Shown piece after piece: positions 8,878 to 18,324 of a stretch of 64,000 nt of DNA. A program made the translations under genes and the position numbers. Source of the DNA: an uncultured Armatimonadetes bacterium (lineage in GTDB: Bacteria > Armatimonadota > UBA5829 > DTJY01). Where the stretch lies: the NCBI GenBank assembly GCA_963717145.1, contig OY970325.1, positions 1,792,001 to 1,856,000 on the forward strand, written 5' to 3'. Each line of letters opens with the position of its first letter. Positions within the stretch are counted from its first letter, which is position 1. The notes beneath the pieces were generated by a model. That model was not told where the DNA came from. It saw only the letters and a program-made list of their open reading frames with translations, and did not search any database.

Positions 8878-10235
8878 ATCACTGGATTGCAGCCATGCCA
8901 TCACAGCAGGTTGTCTACTTTGCTGCCTGTGAGATGATCTACCGCGGGTTGGTTGCAGATGGTGTTCCGATTGAACCGCTAGGCGATCATTTCGATATCC
9001 TTGCAGGATATGCATTCAAGAGTTCGGACTATGCGTCTGAAGGAATTCGCCTTCTGCGCAATATCAATGTCAAGCCGGACCGAATCGACTGGGGTGAAGC
9101 TGCGTTCATATCGGCGGATGAGGCCGGGCAGTACGAACGCTTCCGTCTAGGGGCGGGCGACCTCGTCATGTCTATGGATGGCACAGTGAACAGACAAGGC
9201 ATCAAGATAGCTTTTCTTGCTGAGTCTGATTTGCCTGCATTGTTGCTTCAGCGGGTGTGCAGGTTCGATCCACTAGGTTCCGTAGAAAAGCGTTTCCTAT
9301 ATCATGTTCTTCACTCCGAGGACTTCCTCGAGCACCTAGACGATTCCAATCGAAGCATAGCGATCCCTCACGTATCCCCGGGACAACTGAAATCGTTTGG
9401 CATTCCCATCGCGGAACGGAGCACCCAGGTCGCAATCGCAGGTTTCCTCGACTCAGTCCGACATGCTATGCCTTCCAGCACTTGGCCAGCACTACCTCCG
9501 CCGTTGGCGGAACAGCGGCTGCTGGTGGCGCGGATCGAGGAACTGGCCACTCGAGTCCACGAGGCCGGCTTCCTCCGCCAGCAAGCGGCGGAGGAAGCCA
9601 ATGTGCTTCATGCGAAGATGTTGGAGTCCGTATTTGCGCCGTTTCTCAACGGCGCAAATACCGTCGGCGAACACTTTCGCGTAACCACAGGGGCAACCCC
9701 TTCACGTGCCAATCCGGCGTACTGGAATGGTGATATCAACTGGGTGAGTTCTGGAGACGTTGCTTTCTGCAGAATTCGAGGCACTTCCGAGAAGATCACC
9801 GGGCTGGGCCTTGACAACAGCAGTGCCAGAGTATATCGGCCGGGGACAGTATTGCTCGCCATGATAGGCCAAGGAAAGACCAGAGGCCAGTGCGCATTGC
9901 TCGACTGCCATGCTTGCACCAATCAGAACGTGGCAGCAATCCATGTCCATGAGACTGAGCATTCGGCCGAGTACGTCTATTGGTGGCTCTTCGCCAGTTA
10001 TCAGAGGAGCAGAGCCGTTGAGACTGGAACGGCCCAGCCAGCGTTGAGCGGAGAGCGTGTAAGACAGATGCGCATTCCTCTGCCTCCATTGTGCGAGCAG
10101 CACCGAATCGTGGAGGAGTTGGATGCGCTTCAGGCGCAGGTGGATGAGTTGAAGCGCCTGCAGGCCGAGACCGCTGCAGAACTCGACGCCCTGCTCCCCG
10201 CCATCCTGGACCGCGCGTTCAAGGGGGAGTTGTAG
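8874..10235 (+). CDS. hsdS: Type I R-M specificity subunit
   Basis: Two TRDs (GYAFKSS..; GATPSR..YWNGDINWV), conserved PPLAEQ and PPLCEQHRIV regions, ends ILDRAFKGEL. ATGA overlap with hsdM. Confidence 0.95.
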   Translation: MNHWIAAMPSQQVVYFAACEMIYRGLVADGVPIEPLGDHFDILAGYAFKSSDYASEGIRLLRNINVKPDRIDWGEAAFISADEAGQYERFRLGAGDLVMSMDGTVNRQGIKIAFLAESDLPALLLQRVCRFDPLGSVEKRFLYHVLHSEDFLEHLDDSNRSIAIPHVSPGQLKSFGIPIAERSTQVAIAGFLDSVRHAMPSSTWPALPPPLAEQRLLVARIEELATRVHEAGFLRQQAAEEANVLHAKMLESVFAPFLNGANTVGEHFRVTTGATPSRANPAYWNGDINWVSSGDVAFCRIRGTSEKITGLGLDNSSARVYRPGTVLLAMIGQGKTRGQCALLDCHACTNQNVAAIHVHETEHSAEYVYWWLFASYQRSRAVETGTAQPALSGERVRQMRIPLPPLCEQHRIVEELDALQAQVDELKRLQAETAAELDALLPAILDRAFKGEL

Positions 10236-10262
10236 ATATCGATACCCGGACGAGGAGCGAAA

Positions 10263-10914
10263 ATGCTGACACCTACTGAAAGGCTCGCAACCCTAATCGG
10301 GGCGCTCAAGCAGGCTCGGTTACCCAAAGGAATCCATAGCGACTGAATATCGGATAGGCAACATGAGCGCTGACTTGGCCGTGATTGACCCCGAAACCGA
10401 CGAACTGATAGCGTTGTTCGAAGTAATGGGACCGCTAGATGAAGGAGCGATGAACAAGGCTCGGGATCGAGTGCTGTCGTTTCTTGCAGATGTCGACAGT
10501 TGGTCCATCCCAGTCTATCTCACGTTCGTCCGAGAAGGGACACAAGGGACACTGCCATTGGAGTTCAGGGAGGTCGGACCGGGTGGCAGGCTCAGAGAGT
10601 CGCAAGACATCCCCGAGTTCACTGTTCTCGCACAGAGGAACCGGTCCGCACACAAGACGGAGACACGGGAGAAGAGGAAGCGCACTCTGACTACCTTCCA
10701 TTGGGTTTCGTGGTTATGCGCGCTTCTCGTGCTCGTGGTACTCCTGGCCGATATGTTCACCAGGGTCAAGATCTCTGAGAAGCAGTTGGTGGTTCTGGGT
10801 GTATTCGTGGCGTTGATACTCATCCCATATATGACGAGGATCAAGGTGGGCGAATGGCTGGAACTCGAACGACCTTCAGCGAAAGCTGAGGAGCCACCGT
10901 CTGAGGAAGGATAG
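10263..10914 (+). CDS. PD-(D/E)XK-like N-terminal domain plus two TM helices (1-nt frameshift near 10311; ORF track starts at 10363)
   Basis: AGGAG RBS before ATG 10263. Joined reading MLTPTERLATLIGALK/LGYPKESIATEYRIGNMSADLAVID...ALFEV resembles HsdR-N-type nucleases; two hydrophobic helices near the C-terminus. Confidence 0.6.
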
Positions 10915-10922
10915 GGCTGACA

Positions 10923-12305
10923 ATGGCAGACACAGAGGAGTCACTGATGGCCAAACGGCTGTTCGCCTATGAACACCCTGGGGCCACGCGGATCCGATGT
11001 ACCGGTACTCTTGCCCTGAAAGATGGAGAGGTAAGCGGGGTTTTTGAGGTCGTATTCCTGCTTCATCGAGGACCGGTGGTCGAGCTGCTGAACACGACCG
11101 TCAATCTGCAGACGCCCGTTGCCCTCTCGCTGGAGACTCTTGACGGTGCCAGCCTAGAGGCCGTCACTGACGAAGGGGAACGGGTTTGCTGTGACCGCCT
11201 GATGGCGGTGAGCCATAACTTCTCCTTTCCTAACCTGCAGTCCGAAGCCCTGTTCCTACCTCTGGAACCTGTGCGGATAGGGCACAAGGTCGAGGAAGAC
11301 GAACTGACGAGCATATGCTACCACATCACGAACTACTTCGGTCGCGATTTCGATTTGACTGCTGGGCCTATCATCGTCAGTTGCAGAGCATCTGAAACAC
11401 AGACCCAAGCTCAAAAATGGGCTGAGCAATGGAGACTACCTGTCGAGTCTGCCTCGCTGACTATTAGTGGCGAACTAGACCGACAGGAACGGGATTTGCT
11501 TGTTAGTAAGATATTCAGGTTGCTCTCGTTCCTGGAGGGACGCAGTGTCTCCTACGCGCGTTGCACGGAGACCGACGACTCCGGCAGGACTGCCGTGGTG
11601 TTTTCAGCAAGCCGAAGTGTGCCAATTCCAGCCGTGTACCAGGAGGTTCTGTGGATCACCAGCGCCCAGAGCGTACTGGAGGTGATCCTCCCCATGCTCC
11701 TTGGCCTCCATGAACAGCAGCAGGACCAGTTGCTACTCGCTGTCGCCTACCTGGTAGCGGCGAAGGGAGAAAGCAATATTCAGTCCACTACGATCGACCT
11801 CGCAGTGGTCTGGGAGGTGCTGGTGGACTTGATCGTGGGCGAGCCTGAACCTCTTTCACCGGAGGTCCAGGAACTGAGGAATGCCCTCAAAGCAGCTGTG
11901 ACGGCGTGGAGGAAGGATCACAAGGAGAAGGATCCACATGGTCTCATGGGGCAGAGGATCACCGATGCTCTGGAGCAGAACCCGTTTCTGGACGGCATGA
12001 AAGCAGTGCTGGCCAAGTACTCTCTCAGTGAGGCCAAGTTGGAGATCGACTTGAAGCTCTTCAAAGACGTGAGGGACAAGATAATCCACGAGGGGAGCTC
12101 TGCGTCTGTTCTACCTGATCCCGTCGATCATCTGCGGATGAACCAACATATCGCCTTTGCTGCGGATGTCGTGATCCTGCGATATCTGGGTTACCACGGG
12201 AAAGTATACGACCGAAGAGGAGTCGGTGGATCGAAACACGAGATCCAACTATCCCAGCTAGAGGTTCATGAGCAGATTGAGCAGATCACAGATCAAGGCG
12301 AATGA
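10923..12305 (+). CDS. HEPN-domain protein (ApeA-like architecture)
   Basis: Beta-rich N-terminal half and helical C-terminal half with RDKIIH (Rx4H) motif; lies in an R-M island. Confidence 0.7.
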   Translation: MADTEESLMAKRLFAYEHPGATRIRCTGTLALKDGEVSGVFEVVFLLHRGPVVELLNTTVNLQTPVALSLETLDGASLEAVTDEGERVCCDRLMAVSHNFSFPNLQSEALFLPLEPVRIGHKVEEDELTSICYHITNYFGRDFDLTAGPIIVSCRASETQTQAQKWAEQWRLPVESASLTISGELDRQERDLLVSKIFRLLSFLEGRSVSYARCTETDDSGRTAVVFSASRSVPIPAVYQEVLWITSAQSVLEVILPMLLGLHEQQQDQLLLAVAYLVAAKGESNIQSTTIDLAVVWEVLVDLIVGEPEPLSPEVQELRNALKAAVTAWRKDHKEKDPHGLMGQRITDALEQNPFLDGMKAVLAKYSLSEAKLEIDLKLFKDVRDKIIHEGSSASVLPDPVDHLRMNQHIAFAADVVILRYLGYHGKVYDRRGVGGSKHEIQLSQLEVHEQIEQITDQGE

Positions 12306-12329
12306 TTCGAGAGGGAAAGGATATCCGGC

Positions 12330-13346
12330 ATGGCAAACAACGAGACATTCCTTTGGTGTGTACGGGCCGGGGCGGCCGGACAGGTGGACAGCGTCTTCCT
12401 GAAGCAGAACCTGCTGGCGATCGGCTGGCCGGATGTCGGCGATCTGAAAGAGATCGGCCACGACCGAGAGGCGCTCAAGAAAGCGCTGGTGCAGGCGTAC
12501 CCGGACAGGAAGGCCGGCGCGATCCCCGGCGATGCGGGGATGCTCTACCGATTCGTCCACGAGATGAAGGAGGGCGATCCGGTCATCTACCCTTCGAAGG
12601 TTGACGGTATGCTCCACCTCGGGCGCATCGCCGGTGCATACCGGCATGACCGGAAGATCAGCGCCGAGTTCCCCAACCTGCGCCCGGTCAAATGGGTCAA
12701 GGCGGTTCCGCGGACGATCTTCAGCAAGGCTGCACTCTATGAATCCAACTCCACCTTGACGCTCTTTCAGATAAGGCAGTATGCCGGTGAGTTCTTCGCC
12801 GCAATGAAGGGCGAGAAGCCGACCGAAGGTCCTGAAGAGCCAGGCGAGTTCGTGGCCGAACAGATCGAGCAGACCACTCGCGACTTCATCCTCAAGACGC
12901 TCTCCAGAGAATTGAAGGGGCATGCGATGGCGCACTTTGTCGGCCAACTCCTGGAGGTCATGGGCTATCAAGCGAGAGTCTCACCTCCTGGAACTGACGG
13001 GGGAATTGACATCATCGCCCACAAGGACGAACTGGGATTCGAACCGCCGATCATCAAGGCGCAGGTCAAGAGCAGTTCAGAGAGTGTAGGCGCTCCGGCA
13101 GTGCAGGCGCTCTTCGGCAATCTTGGCACGAACGAATCAGCGCTCTTCGTCACTCTCGGAACGTTCACCCCACCAGCCAGGTCCTTCGCTCAGGGGAAAA
13201 GCAAGCTCCGACTGATTGACGGAACGGAGCTTGTCAATCTGGTTCTCGAGCACTACGAGGATTTCGATTCGCGATACAAGGGCCTTATCCCGCTCCGCAA
13301 GGTCTATGTCCCTGAACCGCTCGACGCCACCGGTGAGTCGCTCTAG
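12330..13346 (+). CDS. mrr: Mrr-family (type IV-like) restriction endonuclease
   Basis: C-terminal DGGIDIIAHKD...AQVK...LFVTLGTFT...LIDG (Mrr_cat). N-terminal WCVRAG..LAIGW..MKEGDPVIYP..RPVKW (PUA/EVE-like). Confidence 0.88.
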   Translation: MANNETFLWCVRAGAAGQVDSVFLKQNLLAIGWPDVGDLKEIGHDREALKKALVQAYPDRKAGAIPGDAGMLYRFVHEMKEGDPVIYPSKVDGMLHLGRIAGAYRHDRKISAEFPNLRPVKWVKAVPRTIFSKAALYESNSTLTLFQIRQYAGEFFAAMKGEKPTEGPEEPGEFVAEQIEQTTRDFILKTLSRELKGHAMAHFVGQLLEVMGYQARVSPPGTDGGIDIIAHKDELGFEPPIIKAQVKSSSESVGAPAVQALFGNLGTNESALFVTLGTFTPPARSFAQGKSKLRLIDGTELVNLVLEHYEDFDSRYKGLIPLRKVYVPEPLDATGESL

Positions 13347-13382
13347 CGGATATCCCCTCTGGGAGAATGGTCTCGGGCTGTT

Positions 13383-13668
13383 AGCCGGAGACGACTTGTC
13401 TATAGAAGTATGACCACCGGGAGTCAGCCGGAGACGACTTGTCTATAGAAGTATGACCACCGGGAGTCAGCCGGAGACGACTTGTCTGTAGAAGTATGAC
13501 CACCGGGAGCTAGCCGGAGACGATACTTCTATGGAAGTATGACCACCGGGAGTCAGCCGGAGACGATACTTCTATAGAAGTATGACCACCGGGAGTCAGC
13601 CGAAGACGATACTTCTATGGAAGTATGACCACCGGGAGCTAGCCGGAGACGACTTGTCTGTAGAAGTA
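13383..13668. repeat. Tandem array of 43-bp units (~6.7 copies) in two variants
   Basis: Units start at 13383, 13426, 13469, 13512, 13555, 13598, 13641. Consensus AGCCGGAGACGA(CTTG/TACT)TCTRTRGAAGTATGACCACCGGGAG(TC/CT). Confidence 0.97.
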
Positions 13669-13691
13669 CGACGGGTGTCATTCTGAGCGTA

Positions 13692-13796
13692 AGAAAGAAA
13701 CTCCCAACTGGGTGGGCGGGCGGGTACAAACTCCGGATGCGGCGGCCGTTCCCGGAGTTTGTACCCGCCCGCCCACCCAGTTGGGAGTTTCTTTCT
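13692..13796. repeat. Perfect 45-bp inverted repeat (REP-like family)
   Basis: AGAAAGAAACTCCCAACTGGGTGGGCGGGCGGGTACAAACTCCGG and its exact reverse complement. Related copy at 16146-16233. Confidence 0.95.
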
Positions 13797-13985
13797 GGCC
13801 GAAACAACTGCGAGACAGGCGCAGTGACGTGCTCAGACTGACACGAATGATCCGGGCTGGTCCTGAGTATGCCGGTTCCCCTGTTCGGGCTGGAGTTGTA
13901 CTCCAGCCCGCGGTGCTCACTGCGGAGTTGCGCTCCGCGCCTCCGCGCACCCGGCGGAGCGGGAGTACAACTCCCCGATCGTCAC

Positions 13986-14179
13986 GCGTGCCGGAGTGCA
14001 ACTCCGGCACGAACGAGGGGGTTATGCGTGCCGGAGTGCAACTCCGGCACGAACGAGGGGGTTATGCGTGCCGGAGTGCAACTCCGGCACGAACGAGGGG
14101 GTCATGCGTACCGGAGTGCAACTCCGGCACGAACGAGGGGGTCATGCGTACCGGAGTGCAACTCCGGCACGAACGAGGG
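13986..14179. repeat. Tandem array of five 40-bp hairpin units
   Basis: GCGTRCCGGAGT-GCA-ACTCCGGCACGAACGAGGGGGTYAT, with CCGGAGTGCA at 13991, 14031, 14071, 14111, 14151. Related GGAGT-N3-ACTCC hairpins near 13887 and 13960. Confidence 0.97.
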
Positions 14180-14191
14180 AATGCGGAATGG

Positions 14192-15325
14192 CTACTGATC
14201 GGGGCAGGAGTCCTCGGGGGAGTCGGCGATGACGACGATGTCGACGTTGTGGGTGTCGCGCATGATCTTGTTGATGATCGAGCCGCGGAAGACCTCTTCC
14301 CATCGGCTGCGGGCGGACTGGCCCATCACGATGAGAGTCGCGCCGCTGTGGTTCACGTAGTCGATGATCTCGCCCGCGATGGAGTCGCCCTGAAGCTCGA
14401 CGATCTTGCCGCCGAGATTCCTGGTGAGGTCGTAGACCTCCTCCAGCAGCCGCTCCTCCTTCTTGCTGAGAGTCGCGCCGGGAGTCCTGACGTAGACGCA
14501 CGAGAACTCGCCCTGTGTCCGCCGCGCGAGCCTGTATCCCCGCCGGATCAGCCTGCATGACAGCGTGCGAGGCCTCACCGCCACCACCACATTCTCGCGC
14601 GCAACCTTACCCTGCCCCATGGCGTGATCGTCCATGTAGTGATGGAGCTGCTCATCCACTTCGTCGGCGGTCACGCGGAGGGCCAACTCACGCAGGGCGA
14701 CGATGTTCCCCTTGCGGAAGAAGTTCGCCAGCGCCTGGGAGATCTTCTCCGTGTGGTAGATGTCCCCGCGCTTGAGACGGTTGATCAGCGCCTCGGGAGT
14801 CAGATCGACAAGCTCGACCTCATCGGCCTCATCGACGACGGCATCCGGGACGGTCTCCCGCACCCTGACGCCGGTGATCTCGTGGACGACATCATTGAGG
14901 CTTTCGAGGTGCTGAACGTTGACCGTCGAGATGACGTTGATGCCCGCGTCGCGGATCTCCTCGACACTCTGCCAGCGCTTGGGATGGACGGTCCCGGGGA
15001 TGTTGGTATGAGCAAGTTCGTCCACCAGCACCCACTCCGGTCGGCGGGCGATCACGGCGGCGGTATCGAGTTCCTGAAACACCTTGTCTCGGTACTCGAT
15101 CCGCTTCTGGGGGACCTGCTCGAGGCCTTCGAGGAGGGCCGCCGTCGCGGGGCGTCCGTGAGTCTCGACGAAGCCGACGACGATGTCCTCTCCGCGCTGG
15201 AATCGCCGGCGCGCCTCGGAGAGCATCTTGTAGGTCTTCCCGACGCCGGGCACCGCGCCGAGGAATACCTTCAGGCGTCCTCGTTTGTGCTCCGCATGGC
15301 TCTCGACTTCTGTGTTGTCGGTCAT
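14192..15325 (-). CDS. kdpD: Kinase-less KdpD (KdpD sensor domain plus USP domain only)
   Basis: RGRLKVFLGAVPGVGKTY, LVDELAHTN, TVNVQHLESLND, then a USP domain. Ends without TM or HisKA domains. Confidence 0.92.
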   Translation of the reverse strand: MTDNTEVESHAEHKRGRLKVFLGAVPGVGKTYKMLSEARRRFQRGEDIVVGFVETHGRPATAALLEGLEQVPQKRIEYRDKVFQELDTAAVIARRPEWVLVDELAHTNIPGTVHPKRWQSVEEIRDAGINVISTVNVQHLESLNDVVHEITGVRVRETVPDAVVDEADEVELVDLTPEALINRLKRGDIYHTEKISQALANFFRKGNIVALRELALRVTADEVDEQLHHYMDDHAMGQGKVARENVVVAVRPRTLSCRLIRRGYRLARRTQGEFSCVYVRTPGATLSKKEERLLEEVYDLTRNLGGKIVELQGDSIAGEIIDYVNHSGATLIVMGQSARSRWEEVFRGSIINKIMRDTHNVDIVVIADSPEDSCPDQ

Positions 15326-15355
15326 CTTGCCTCAGCCTTCTCCCTGCCGACAGAG

Positions 15356-15488
15356 CACACCGTCAGTCCTGAGTGCGAACAACCCCGTCAGTCCTAAGTG
15401 CGCCTCTGGGCGTGTATCGAAGGACGGCTCACTGCGCCCAGCCGTCCTTCGATACACGCCCAGAGGCGCACTCAGGACTGACGGTGTG
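15356..15488. repeat. REP-like inverted repeat (CCGTCAGTCCTGAG...TCGAAGGACGGC family)
   Basis: Long IR between kdpC and kdpD. Related copies at 42503-42617 and a half copy at 59289-59339. Confidence 0.9.
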
Positions 15489-15522
15489 GGCTTTGTCAGG
15501 AACGAAGCAAGGAATGATAGCA

Positions 15523-16122
15523 TCACTGGGGGAACAACTCCTTTTCCATACCTCCAGCCTCATCCAGTGCCAGGTTGAGTTGCAGGACATTGACGCGCGG
15601 CTCGCCAAGTATGCCGAACTGCCGGCGAGTGACGTTACGTTCGATCAGTGCCCTCACCCTGGCGGTGGGGATACTTCTTGCCACGGCGATCCGTTTGGCC
15701 TGCGCAAATGCGTTGGCCGGCGAGATGTCGGGATCGAGGCCGCTCGCGGATGTCGTGACCATGTCGATCGGTATCTTCCCGATCTTCAGTCCCGGATTCT
15801 CGGCGAGAACGGTCCGCACATTCGCCTTGACGTTCTCCGTCAGCTTACGACTCGTCGGCCCGAGGTTCGATCCGCCCGAAGCCATCGCATCATATCCCGT
15901 TCCGGCGGCGGATGGACGCGGATGGAAGTACTCAGGCCGGGTGAACTGCTGGCCGATGAGTTGCGAACCGATCACCTGTCCATCCCGAACGATCATCGAG
16001 CCGCGCGCCTGCCTGGGGAAGATCAACTGCGCCAGGCCCGTCACCGCCAGCGGGTAGATCACTCCGAGCAGGATCGTGCATATGACCAGCAGCTTCACGG
16101 CTATGATAGCATGTTTTCCCAT
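15523..16122 (-). CDS. kdpC: K+-transporting ATPase subunit C
   Basis: IYPLAVTGLAQLIFP, GSQLIGQQF, YFHPRPSA, SGGSNLGPTS, SASGLDPDIS, GEPRVNVLQLNLALD. Confidence 0.98.
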   Translation of the reverse strand: MGKHAIIAVKLLVICTILLGVIYPLAVTGLAQLIFPRQARGSMIVRDGQVIGSQLIGQQFTRPEYFHPRPSAAGTGYDAMASGGSNLGPTSRKLTENVKANVRTVLAENPGLKIGKIPIDMVTTSASGLDPDISPANAFAQAKRIAVARSIPTARVRALIERNVTRRQFGILGEPRVNVLQLNLALDEAGGMEKELFPQ

Positions 16123-16145
16123 ATTGTCATCCTCTTACCTCGGCG

Positions 16146-16233
16146 CTTGATACTGGGTGGGTGGGCGGGTACAAACTCCGGTGTCGGGGTGATGCCCCCG
16201 GAGTTTGTACCCGCCCACCCACCCAGTATCAAG
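16146..16233. repeat. 36-bp-arm inverted repeat between kdpB and kdpC
   Basis: CTTGATACTGGGTGGGTGGGCGGGTACAAACTCCGG and its reverse complement; same family as 13692-13796. Confidence 0.93.
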
Positions 16234-18306
16234 TCACGCCAATCTGAGCGCTACCAGGAGCATGTCGATCGCCTTCAGGCCGACGAACGGCGCGATGAGT
16301 CCGCCGAGACCGTAGACCACCAGGTTGTTCCGCAGCAAGGCGCCCGCCCCGAGTGGACGGTAACTGACTCCCCTGAGCGCGAGCGGTATCAGCATGACGA
16401 TGATCAGCGCATTGAAGATCACCGCCGAGAGAATCGCGCTGTGCGGTGAATGCAGGTGCATGATGTTCAGCTTGTTCAGCACCGGATAGGTCGTCATGAA
16501 TATTGCCGGGATGATGGCGAAGTACTTGGCGACATCGTTGGCGATGCTGAATGTCGTCAGCGCGCCGCGAGTCATGAGCAACTGCTTGCCGATCTCCACG
16601 ATCTCGATCAGCTTCGTCGGATTGGAGTCGAGGTCAACCATGTTCCCGGCTTCCTTCGCAGCGGTCGTACCGGTATTCATGGCAACTCCGACATCGGCCT
16701 GTGCGAGCGCGGGAGCATCGTTTGTGCCGTCGCCGGTCATTGCCACGAGCTTCCCCTGCCCCTGCTCCTTCTTGATCAGCTCCATCTTCGTCTCGGGAGT
16801 CGCCTGCGCCAGGAAATCATCCACGCCGGCTTCCTTCGCGATGGCAGCCGCCGTCAGAGCATTGTCGCCGGTGATCATCACCGTTCGTATCCCCATCGAC
16901 CTGAGTTGGTCGAACCTCTCCCTGATTCCACCCTTGACGACGTCCTTGAGGTGGATGACGCCCATCACCCGCTTGTTCTCCGCCACGACGAGCGGCGTCC
17001 CACCGGAGCGGGCGATCCCTTCGACTACCTTTCTCAACTCCTCAGGCGCGGCCGCACCCTGATCGGCGACCCACTTCACGACGGCATCCGTTGCGCCCTT
17101 ACGGATGTGCCGCCCGTCGAGGTTGATCCCGCTCATCCGGGTCTGGGCGGTGAACGGCACGAACTCCGCCTCCGCCTCGTTGATGTGCCTCCCTCTTAGG
17201 CCGAAACCTTTGGCGAGCACAACTATCGAGCGGCCTTCCGGAGTCTCATCGCTGAGTGACGACAACTGCGCGGCATCAGCGACCTCCTCCGGAGTGACGC
17301 CCGGCATCGGGATGAACTCCGACGCCTGACGGTTGCCGAGGGTAATCGTGCCGGTCTTGTCGAGGAGGAGAGTATTGACATCACCAGCGGCCTCGACCGC
17401 TCTCCCCGACATTGCCAGAACGTTGTGCCGAATCAGCCGATCCATCCCCGCTATTCCGATAGACGAGAGCAGGCCGCCGATGGTCGTGGGAATCAGGCAG
17501 ACCAGGAGAGCAATCAGCACCGGTATGTGTACGCTGCTCCCCGAATACGTTGCGAACGATTGCAGTGTGATGACCACCAGCAGGAAGATGATCGTCAGGC
17601 CGACGAGCAGGATGTCGAGCGCGATCTCGTTCGGCGTCTTCTGCCTCGATGCGCCCTCGACGAGGGATATCATACGGTCGAGGAACGTCTGCCCCGGATC
17701 GGAGGTGATCCGCACGACTATCTGATCGGAGAGCACCTTCGTCCCACCGGTCACCGCGCTTCGGTCGCCCCCGCTCTCCCGGATCACGGGCGCGGATTCG
17801 CCGGTGATCGCCGACTCGTCCACGGAAGCGATGCCCTCGATGACCTCACCGTCACCGGGGATGATCTCCCCAGCGGAGACGATGACTACGTCGCCCTTGC
17901 GAAGATCATTGGCGGCCACCTGACGGACCTCGCCGTCGGTCTTGAGGTTCGCCACGGTGTCGGTCTTCGTCCTCCGAAGGCTGTCCGCCTGGGCCTTCCC
18001 GCGTCCTTCCGCCATCGCCTCCGCGAAGTTGGCAAAGAGGACGGTGAACCAGAGCCATGCCGCTATTCCGCCGATGAATCCAGTCTCGACGCCGCCCTTG
18101 ATCAGACTCGCGATGAAGTAGTATGTCGAGACGACGCTTCCGACCTCGGTGATGAAGATGACGGGGTTGTGCATCAGCGACCGGGGGTCGAGCTTGACGA
18201 ACGACTGCAGTATTGCCTGCCTGATCAGCTCGCCGCGCGGGATCTGGGGCTTCTTGCCGTGACTGACGCCGATCTCGCTCGGAGCGGCCTTGTTCGATGT
18301 ATCCAT
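16234..18306 (-). CDS. kdpB: K+-transporting ATPase subunit B
   Basis: [27 protein letters not shown]. Start taken at ATG 18306 (MDTSNK) with GGAG upstream. Confidence 0.98.
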   Translation of the reverse strand: MDTSNKAAPSEIGVSHGKKPQIPRGELIRQAILQSFVKLDPRSLMHNPVIFITEVGSVVSTYYFIASLIKGGVETGFIGGIAAWLWFTVLFANFAEAMAEGRGKAQADSLRRTKTDTVANLKTDGEVRQVAANDLRKGDVVIVSAGEIIPGDGEVIEGIASVDESAITGESAPVIRESGGDRSAVTGGTKVLSDQIVVRITSDPGQTFLDRMISLVEGASRQKTPNEIALDILLVGLTIIFLLVVITLQSFATYSGSSVHIPVLIALLVCLIPTTIGGLLSSIGIAGMDRLIRHNVLAMSGRAVEAAGDVNTLLLDKTGTITLGNRQASEFIPMPGVTPEEVADAAQLSSLSDETPEGRSIVVLAKGFGLRGRHINEAEAEFVPFTAQTRMSGINLDGRHIRKGATDAVVKWVADQGAAAPEELRKVVEGIARSGGTPLVVAENKRVMGVIHLKDVVKGGIRERFDQLRSMGIRTVMITGDNALTAAAIAKEAGVDDFLAQATPETKMELIKKEQGQGKLVAMTGDGTNDAPALAQADVGVAMNTGTTAAKEAGNMVDLDSNPTKLIEIVEIGKQLLMTRGALTTFSIANDVAKYFAIIPAIFMTTYPVLNKLNIMHLHSPHSAILSAVIFNALIIVMLIPLALRGVSYRPLGAGALLRNNLVVYGLGGLIAPFVGLKAIDMLLVALRLA

Positions 18307-18324
18307 CGCAGATTCTCCTAACCC

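Noticed and set aside
3767-13382. Integrative element or prophage carrying the defence genes
   Set aside because: No integrase, tRNA target or flanking direct repeats were seen.
13383-14179. CRISPR or guide-RNA array interpretation of the 43-bp and 40-bp arrays
   Set aside because: The units are near-identical end to end with no unique spacers, and no cas genes are in the window.
13712-14560. 282-aa ORF and overlapping repeat-rich ORFs
   Set aside because: They arise from stop-free repeats and the antisense of kdpD; the 40-bp period is not a codon multiple.
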